Shown one piece after another: positions 57,735-64,000 of a DNA stretch of 64,000 nucleotides. How positions within the stretch are numbered: the first letter of the stretch is position 1; each line of letters starts with the position of its first letter. Both the position numbers and the translations under genes were made by a program. The notes beneath the pieces are model-generated. The model ran no database searches and was not told the origin of the DNA. It was given only the letters and a program-made list of their open reading frames with translations. The DNA lies in contig JAGRKA010000007.1 in the NCBI GenBank assembly GCA_020442475.1, positions 491-64,490 of the forward strand, written 5' to 3'. This DNA comes from Alphaproteobacteria bacterium. GTDB lineage: Bacteria > Pseudomonadota > Alphaproteobacteria > Micavibrionales > Micavibrionaceae.

Positions 57735-58040
57735 ATGAAATTCAATATCGAGATTGATTGTTCCCCGGAGGAAGCGCGCGCCTTTTTCGGCCTGCCGGAT
57801 GTCGCACCCATGCAGGAGCGTCTGATGAAGGATATGGAGGAGAAACTGCGCGGCAATATGCTATCCATGGACCCGGATGCCATGATGAAAAGCTGGATGC
57901 CTATGGCAACCCAAGGGGCCATGCAGGGTTGGGGTGAAATGCAGAAAATGTTCTGGGAGCAGATGGGTATGGGGATGTCCTCCGGCGCTTCCGGAGGTAA
58001 GGGTGGAAAGTCGGGTAAACCCGGCAGCGGCGGAGAATGA
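57735..58040 (+). CDS. Small conserved hypothetical protein (Met/Gly-rich tail)
   Basis: MKFNIEIDCSPEEARAFFGLPDVAPMQERLM.... I recall this N-terminus from small alphaproteobacterial proteins (DUF6489-like) found upstream of mnmE. It overlaps the mnmE start by 4 nt. Confidence 0.55.
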   Translation: MKFNIEIDCSPEEARAFFGLPDVAPMQERLMKDMEEKLRGNMLSMDPDAMMKSWMPMATQGAMQGWGEMQKMFWEQMGMGMSSGASGGKGGKSGKPGSGGE

Positions 58041-59383
58041 GCGAGACAATCTATGCGCTGGCCAGTGCGCCGGGCCGCGCCGGTGTTGCGCTCGTGCGGG
58101 TCTCAGGCCCGGACAGTTTCAAAAGCCTGTCCGTACTTGCGGGGGAAGCGGTCTATACGCCGCGAAAGGCGGTTTTGCGCAAATTAACCGCACCTCAAAC
58201 GGGCGAGCTGATTGATCACGCGCTGATTTTACCTTTTAAGGCTCCGGCCAGCTATACGGGCGAGGATATCGTCGAATATCATCTGCATGGCGGGGTTGCC
58301 GTCGTTGAGGCGTTACTGGCGGCGCTTGCGGCCTGTCCGGGGCACAGGCTGGCCGCGCCCGGTGAATTTACCCGCCGCGCCTTTGAGAACGGGCGGATGG
58401 ACTTAACCGAAGCCGAAGCCGTTGCGGATTTGATCAACGCGGAAACGCAGGTGCAGCGTCATCAGGCTTTGCTCCAGATGGAGGGGGCGCTTTCCCGGCT
58501 TTATCAGGGCTGGAGCCATATTTTGACCCAAAATTTGGCCCATCTGGAAGCGGATATCGAGTTTCCGGATGAAGACTTGCCGGAAGGGATATCTCCTCAG
58601 ATTCGCCCGGTGATAGAGGATTTGATTACCCAGATCAGTGCGCATCTGGATGATAATCGGCGGGGCGAGAGGCTGCGCAGCGGTGTCCATATCGCTGTGA
58701 TCGGTGCGCCCAATGCGGGGAAATCTTCTCTGGTCAACGCATTGGCACAGCGCGATGTCGCGATCGTATCCGCGCTGGCCGGGACAACGCGCGATATCGT
58801 AGAAATCCATCTTGATCTTGGAGGCTATCCCGCGATTTTAGCGGATACGGCAGGTCTTCGCCCCGAACAAATCGGACAAGAGGGGCAGGAGTCTATCGAG
58901 TCGGAGGGAATTCGGCGGGCGCTCAAACGGGCGGAAGAGGCAGATATTCGCCTGCTCCTCTTTGACGGGACGCAAGAGGTGCCCGATGCGCACACGCTGG
59001 CCTTGTGTGGTGAGCGTGCGGTAATTGCTCTCAACAAAGCCGATTGCGAGCTAAAGATGGGCCGGGATGCTTTTGGCGGGCATCCGGTCATTTCCTTGTC
59101 GGTCCAAACGGGCGAAGGTTTGGAGGCTTTAACTGGCGCTCTGCTTGCCCGGATTAAAAATCTGATCGGCTTGCGAGAGGCCCCGTCTCTGACCCGCGCG
59201 CGTCACAGAGAGGCCTTGGAAGAAGCGAAGGCGGCGCTTTCCCGCTCTCTCACAGCGCCTCTGCCGGAGCTATCCGCCGAGGATTTACGGTTGGCGCTGC
59301 GGGCGCTTGGGCGTATTACAGGCCGGGTGAGCGCCGAAGACCTTCTGGATGTGATTTTCAGCGATTTTTGCATCGGGAAGTAG
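58037..59383 (+). CDS. mnmE: tRNA modification GTPase MnmE
   Basis: TIYALASAPGRAGVALVRVSG, G1 GAPNAGKSSL, DTAG and the C-terminal FCIGK. Confidence 0.96.
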   Translation: MSETIYALASAPGRAGVALVRVSGPDSFKSLSVLAGEAVYTPRKAVLRKLTAPQTGELIDHALILPFKAPASYTGEDIVEYHLHGGVAVVEALLAALAACPGHRLAAPGEFTRRAFENGRMDLTEAEAVADLINAETQVQRHQALLQMEGALSRLYQGWSHILTQNLAHLEADIEFPDEDLPEGISPQIRPVIEDLITQISAHLDDNRRGERLRSGVHIAVIGAPNAGKSSLVNALAQRDVAIVSALAGTTRDIVEIHLDLGGYPAILADTAGLRPEQIGQEGQESIESEGIRRALKRAEEADIRLLLFDGTQEVPDAHTLALCGERAVIALNKADCELKMGRDAFGGHPVISLSVQTGEGLEALTGALLARIKNLIGLREAPSLTRARHREALEEAKAALSRSLTAPLPELSAEDLRLALRALGRITGRVSAEDLLDVIFSDFCIGK

Positions 59384-59461
59384 TGTAGATTTTAGGGCGC
59401 TACAAAGTGCCTTTAATCAAAAAGCTGGCAATTTCAGGCCTTTTCAGTATATAAACCGCCC

Positions 59462-61396
59462 ATGAACAAGGGTTTTGATGTCATCGTTGTCGGGGGTGGG
59501 CATGCCGGGTGTGAAGCTGCGGCGGCCTCTGCGCGTATGGGCGCACGGACGGCTTTGCTGACCCACAAGCTTGATACGATCGGTGTCATGTCCTGTAATC
59601 CCGCGATCGGCGGGCTCGGCAAGGGGCATCTGGTCCGGGAGGTCGATGCGTTGGACGGGCTGATGGGCCGCGCCATAGACCGTTCCGGGATCCAGTTTAG
59701 AATGCTGAACGCCTCGAAAGGCCCGGCTGTGCGTGGGCCTCGTGCGCAGGCAGACCGAGCGCTCTATCGGCAGGCTATCCAGGAGATACTCGCCGATTAT
59801 GCGGGGCTGACCTTATTAGAGGGTGCCGCCGAGGATATTATTCTTGGTGCGGATGGCGTGGTTGAAGGGCTGGTGACCGGTGATGGGCAGACGATCCCCT
59901 GCCGGGCGATTGTCCTGACGACCGGGACGTTCCTGCGGGGTATGATCCATCGCGGGGAAGAAACAATTCCGGCAGGGCGTGTCGGTGAAGCGCCTGCGAT
60001 CGGGCTGGCGCATACGCTGGAGCGCTTAAACCTGCCGCTTGGACGGCTGAAAACCGGGACACCGCCGCGTCTTGACGGGCGCACGATCGATTTTTCAATC
60101 CTTGAAGAGCAGGAGGCTGATCCACGGCCCGTGCCCTTTTCAACCCTGACGGATGAAATCACGGTGCCGCAGATTTCCTGCCACATCACCTATACGGCGC
60201 CGCAAACGCATAAGATTATCGCGGATAATCTCCACCGCTCCGCCATGTATTCCGGGAAAATTACCGGGACTGGCCCGCGCTATTGCCCCTCTATTGAGGA
60301 TAAAATTTCCCGTTTCGCGGATAAAGAGCGCCACCAGATTTTTCTGGAGCCGGAAGGGCTGGACGATCCCACAATTTACCCGAACGGCATATCAACCTCT
60401 TTGCCGGTTGATGTGCAGGATGCTTATATACGCTCTATTCCGGGGCTGGAGGCTGTGAAGATCCTCGAATGGGGCTATGCGATCGAATATGATTACATTG
60501 ATCCGCGGGCCTTACGGAATACGCTGGAGGTCAAGGCCGCGCCGGGGCTTTTCCTTGCCGGACAGATTAACGGGACGACCGGCTATGAGGAGGCTGCCGC
60601 GCAAGGGCTTATGGCCGGTGTGAATGCGGCTTTAATCGCCGGTGCGGTTTCACGTGAAACAGCCCGTTCTTTTACCCTTGATCGTGCGCAGGCTTATATA
60701 GGCGTTTTGATCGACGACCTGATCACACAAGGCGCACCGGAGCCGTACCGGATGTTCACGTCTCGTGCGGAATATCGTTTGCGGCTTCGGGCGGATAATG
60801 CGGACCAGCGTTTGAGCGATTCGGGTATTGCGATCGGTTGCGTGGGGGATGTCCGCCGTACCGCATGGGAAAAGAAAAAGACTGCACTTGGCGCGGCCAG
60901 AGAGATGGCGGAACGCTTTACGGCCACGCCTAACGAACTGGAGGCGCAGGGAATACAGGTGAATAAGGACGGGCAGCGTCGCTCGGTGCTCGATCTTTTA
61001 TCTTATCGGACCATTTCATGGGACCGGTTGGCGACTGTGTGGCCGCCCTTGGCTGAGGTCGTGCCGGATATTCGGGAACAGATTGAATTTGATGCACTCT
61101 ATAGCGGTTATATGGAGCGCCATGAGTCTGATATTCGTGCCTTTAGAAAGGATGAGGCGCTTTTATTGCCGGTCGATCTTGATTACGGGCAGGTTGGTTC
61201 TTTGTCGAATGAGGTGCGTCAAAAACTTGAGATGGCGCGGCCCGAAACATTGGGAGCGGCCTCCCGTATTCCCGGCGTGACCCCGGCGGCTGTGATGGCG
61301 TTGCTGCGTCATGTGCAACGCGCTAAAAAAGAGCAGGCCGAAGATAAAGCCGAAGACTTTGTCAAGAATGAAACATCCCGGAACAATGCAGCCTGA
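59462..61396 (+). CDS. mnmG: tRNA uridine 5-carboxymethylaminomethyl modification enzyme MnmG
   Basis: [27 protein letters not shown] and [16 protein letters not shown]. Confidence 0.97.
   Translation: MNKGFDVIVVGGGHAGCEAAAASARMGARTALLTHKLDTIGVMSCNPAIGGLGKGHLVREVDALDGLMGRAIDRSGIQFRMLNASKGPAVRGPRAQADRALYRQAIQEILADYAGLTLLEGAAEDIILGADGVVEGLVTGDGQTIPCRAIVLTTGTFLRGMIHRGEETIPAGRVGEAPAIGLAHTLERLNLPLGRLKTGTPPRLDGRTIDFSILEEQEADPRPVPFSTLTDEITVPQISCHITYTAPQTHKIIADNLHRSAMYSGKITGTGPRYCPSIEDKISRFADKERHQIFLEPEGLDDPTIYPNGISTSLPVDVQDAYIRSIPGLEAVKILEWGYAIEYDYIDPRALRNTLEVKAAPGLFLAGQINGTTGYEEAAAQGLMAGVNAALIAGAVSRETARSFTLDRAQAYIGVLIDDLITQGAPEPYRMFTSRAEYRLRLRADNADQRLSDSGIAIGCVGDVRRTAWEKKKTALGAAREMAERFTATPNELEAQGIQVNKDGQRRSVLDLLSYRTISWDRLATVWPPLAEVVPDIREQIEFDALYSGYMERHESDIRAFRKDEALLLPVDLDYGQVGSLSNEVRQKLEMARPETLGAASRIPGVTPAAVMALLRHVQRAKKEQAEDKAEDFVKNETSRNNAA
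60646..60661. promoter_or_regulatory. parS centromere-like site (inside mnmG)
   Basis: GGTTTCACGTGAAACA matches 15/16 to the consensus TGTTTCACGTGAAACA. Confidence 0.8.
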
Positions 61397-61997
61397 AAAT
61401 TTCCCCTTCCCCGTTTCCGATACGGTTTTTGCCAAGCTTGAGTTATATCATGCCTTGCTTCTGAAATGGCAAAAGGCCCTTAATCTTGTCAGTCCTAAAA
61501 CGCTGGACGATGCGTGGAATCGTCATTTTATCGATTCGGCCCAGCTTGTGCCGCTTCTTGAAGGTGAAAGCCGAACACTTGTTGATATTGGCAGCGGGGC
61601 GGGGTTCCCAGGGCTTGTGATTGCTATGATGCGCCCCGATCTGGAGGTGTATCTGGTCGAATCGGATGAGCGGAAATGCGAATTTTTGCGTACTGTTTCA
61701 CGTGAAACCGAGGGTAGAATCACTATCCGCAATACGCGAATCGAGATGCTTGGTGATGAGATCGTGCCGGACGTTGTGACGGCACGCGCGCTCGCGGATA
61801 TTAAAACGCTTTTAGATTACAGCGCGGGATGGGCGGCGAAAAATCCGGCCTTGCGGTGCCTTTTCCTCAAGGGGCGAAAAGGGTCTGAGGAACTGTCGCA
61901 GGCTCGGGCTTTTTACGAATTCAGCGCGGCAGAGGTGCCGAGCAAGACAGACCCGGAGGGTGTTGTTTTGGACATACGGGATATTCAACCGGTCTAG
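61386..61997 (+). CDS. rsmG: 16S rRNA (guanine527-N7)-methyltransferase RsmG
   Basis: [33 protein letters not shown] and VTARALA. The start is trimmed to MQPENF (61386), which overlaps the mnmG end by 11 nt. Confidence 0.9.
   Translation: MQPENFPFPVSDTVFAKLELYHALLLKWQKALNLVSPKTLDDAWNRHFIDSAQLVPLLEGESRTLVDIGSGAGFPGLVIAMMRPDLEVYLVESDERKCEFLRTVSRETEGRITIRNTRIEMLGDEIVPDVVTARALADIKTLLDYSAGWAAKNPALRCLFLKGRKGSEELSQARAFYEFSAAEVPSKTDPEGVVLDIRDIQPV
61694..61709. promoter_or_regulatory. parS centromere-like site (inside rsmG)
   Basis: TGTTTCACGTGAAACC matches 15/16 to the consensus TGTTTCACGTGAAACA. Confidence 0.8.
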
Positions 61998-62104
61998 GGG
62001 CAGCCTGTGTATAAAGTCCGCATCCCCAGCGGATTGTCTTGCTTTTCGCGTCATAAATTTTCATGATCAGGGTATCAAAATTCTTTACGAAGGAGGCATC
62101 ATTC

Positions 62105-62920
62105 ATGCGTGATCTCAGCACGGAAAAGGTCCCTCGTCTTCTGGCGGTCGTCAATCAAAAAGGCGGCGTTGGTAAAACGACGACAGCGATTAATCTGGCG
62201 ACGGCTTTGTGTGCCATCGGTAAGTCTGTTTTGCTTCTTGATCTGGACCCGCAGGGGAATGCTTCGACCGGACTTGGCGTTCGGCGCGCCCTGATTCGGA
62301 ACAGCACTTACGATGTTCTGTTCGGCGATTGCTGTGTCGAAGAAGCTGCTGTTCAGACAAAAGTGCCGCTTTTGTCGGTCGTGCCGTCTTCGATTCATTT
62401 ATCGGGGGCTGAGATCGAGCTTGTGACGGCATCCAACCGCGAGTACCGTCTGAAGGATGCGCTGCAAAAGCCCCTGCCCTATGATTACGTGATTATCGAT
62501 TGTCCGCCGTCTTTGAATCTGCTGACATTGAACGCTTTGGTTGCTGTGCATTCCATCGTTGTGCCCCTGCAATGCGAATTTTACGCGCTGGAGGGTCTTA
62601 GTCATCTGACCAAGACGATTGAGCGCGTTCGCAAGAAATTCAATCCGGCGCTGGATCTGCACGGCGTCGTTCTGACAATGTATGATCAGCGTAATAACCT
62701 GACGGCGATGGTCGAAAATGATGTGCGCCAATATTTCGGGGACAAGGTTTACAAGACCGTGATTCCGCGCAATGTTCGCTTGTCCGAGGCACCCTCTTAC
62801 GGGTTGCCGGCAATTGTTTACGACATGAAATGTGCAGGGGCGCAGGCCTATATCCATCTGGCCAAAGAAATGATCCGGCGGGAACGCCAGCATCAGAAAA
62901 GCCTGCAGGTCGCCGCCTAA
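62105..62920 (+). CDS. parA: Chromosome partitioning ATPase ParA
   Basis: LAVVNQKGGVGKTTTAINLA (deviant Walker A), LLLDLDPQGNAS and VIIDCPPSL. The start is trimmed to MRDLSTEK. Confidence 0.95.
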   Translation: MRDLSTEKVPRLLAVVNQKGGVGKTTTAINLATALCAIGKSVLLLDLDPQGNASTGLGVRRALIRNSTYDVLFGDCCVEEAAVQTKVPLLSVVPSSIHLSGAEIELVTASNREYRLKDALQKPLPYDYVIIDCPPSLNLLTLNALVAVHSIVVPLQCEFYALEGLSHLTKTIERVRKKFNPALDLHGVVLTMYDQRNNLTAMVENDVRQYFGDKVYKTVIPRNVRLSEAPSYGLPAIVYDMKCAGAQAYIHLAKEMIRRERQHQKSLQVAA

Positions 62921-62964
62921 GGTTTGCCATCTGTTGACGCATTGAAAAGAAGGAAATTTATATC

Positions 62965-63933
62965 ATGACAGATAAACCGGACCCGAAGAATCGCGGGCTA
63001 GGACGCGGATTAAACGCTCTGTTCGACGATGATGAGGATATAGCCGCCGCTGCTGCCGAAGATGAGGCGCCGTCCGGGCCTGCTCGGGGTCGTCAGATTG
63101 TCAGTCTCGATCAGCTACAGCCCGGCAAATTCCAGCCGCGTCAGGTTTTTGACGAAGAGGCTCTTTCGCAGCTTGCCGAATCGCTCAAGATTCATGGGTT
63201 GCTCCAGCCAATTCTTGTTCGCCCGCTTTCCGAAGATTCCTCGTCCGAAGATAGGGGGCGTTACGAGATTATCGCCGGGGAGCGGCGTTGGCGCGCGGCG
63301 CAAAAGGCGCAGCTCCATGAGGTTTCGGTTATCATTAAAACACTGTCGGATTCTCAGGCGCTTGAAATCGCCCTGATCGAGAATTTGCAGCGCGAAGATT
63401 TGAACCCGATCGATGAGGCGCAAGGCTACAAGAAGCTGCTTGAAGAATTCAGTCATACTCAGGAACAGCTTGCCAAATTGATGGGGAAGAGCCGTCCGCA
63501 TATCGCGAATACATTGCGGCTTTTATCTTTGCCGGATAAGGTGCAGCGCCATGTCAGCGAAGGGCGTTTGAGCGCCGGGCATGCACGGGCACTTGTGACG
63601 GCGAAGGACCCGGAGGGACTGGCTGAAAAAATCATGGGGCAGGGGTTGAGCGTTCGCCAGACCGAAAGACTGGCTGCCGACGATGCGGGCCGGACAGTCA
63701 AGAGCCGGACTGCGGATTCGGCGTCTGCATCCTCTCCGAGAAAAGCGCGCGGCAAGGATGCCGATACGCTGGCGCTGGAGGCTGAGCTCGGGAATGCGTT
63801 AGGTATGCGTGTTTCGATTGAAAGCGATGACGGCTCCCAAGGACGCATCGTCGTTGAGTTTAAAACATTGGATCAGCTTGACGAGATTTTACATCGTCTT
63901 TCACATTTCCCCGGTTCGCGTCTGACAGGATAA
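62965..63933 (+). CDS. parB: Chromosome partitioning protein ParB
   Basis: GLGRGLNALF, QPRQVFDEEALSQLAESLKIHGLLQPILVR, IAGERRWRAA, LIENLQREDLNP and HTH QEQLAKLMGKSRPHIANTLRLL. Confidence 0.96.
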   Translation: MTDKPDPKNRGLGRGLNALFDDDEDIAAAAAEDEAPSGPARGRQIVSLDQLQPGKFQPRQVFDEEALSQLAESLKIHGLLQPILVRPLSEDSSSEDRGRYEIIAGERRWRAAQKAQLHEVSVIIKTLSDSQALEIALIENLQREDLNPIDEAQGYKKLLEEFSHTQEQLAKLMGKSRPHIANTLRLLSLPDKVQRHVSEGRLSAGHARALVTAKDPEGLAEKIMGQGLSVRQTERLAADDAGRTVKSRTADSASASSPRKARGKDADTLALEAELGNALGMRVSIESDDGSQGRIVVEFKTLDQLDEILHRLSHFPGSRLTG

Positions 63934-64000
63934 AGATTGAACTTTGTTCGTCTCCGCTTTGTTTTTTACCGTTTTTCTTCCTGCTTTGCCGTACTAAAAA

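Noticed and set aside
1-64000. CRISPR arrays, transposases, integrases, rRNA, prophage or known defence-system genes
   Set aside because: No non-coding stretch exceeds ~540 bp, no regularly spaced direct repeats were seen, and no ORF shows DDE/tyrosine-recombinase, Cas, restriction-modification or similar motifs.

Overview
The window is a chromosomal segment that looks alphaproteobacterial. This is inferred from gene content: an NDUFA9-like epimerase, a DUF1674/SDHAF4-like gene beside sdhCDA, a plant/alpha-type glutamate-cysteine ligase fold, a GAAC-N7-type SOS-like box, and rho-mnmE-mnmG-rsmG-parA-parB at the 3' end. The backbone is housekeeping. rplK-rplA-rplJ-rplL-rpoB lies on the minus strand at 1-3.9 kb, with rpoB running off the window edge and missing from the ORF track. 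Other backbone genes are gmk, two LPS-type glycosyltransferases, tRNA-Ser(GGA), mltG, fabF, acpP, rsmB, chorismate mutase, sdhCDA, holA, rpe, secE-nusG, rsmA, surA-like, uvrD, comM, panD, rho and the partition locus, which has two near-perfect parS sites inside mnmG and rsmG. Between these blocks sit visibly AT-richer orphan genes with no recognisable family. (1) An island directly after sdhA, where sdhB would be expected, encodes an HExxHxxQ zincin-like protein, a small acidic protein, an unknown 278-aa protein and a divergent glutamate-cysteine-ligase-fold enzyme whose conserved N-terminal strand lies upstream of any canonical start codon. (2) A divergent orphan locus at 48.4-51.2 kb is centred on tandem Fur-box-like sites. 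(3) Further orphans include an 830-aa protein, an RTX/T1SS-signal protein with no transporter in the window, an 8xCxxC membrane-anchored zinc-finger protein, and two orphans co-directional with comM. Several palindromic MITE-like repeats occupy intergenic junctions, including a 335-bp element with 28-bp terminal inverted repeats wedged between sdhD and sdhA. I found no CRISPR array, transposase, integrase or rRNA. None of the orphan loci can be assigned a function from sequence alone. The Fur-associated locus and the sdhA-adjacent island are the best candidates for something undescribed.
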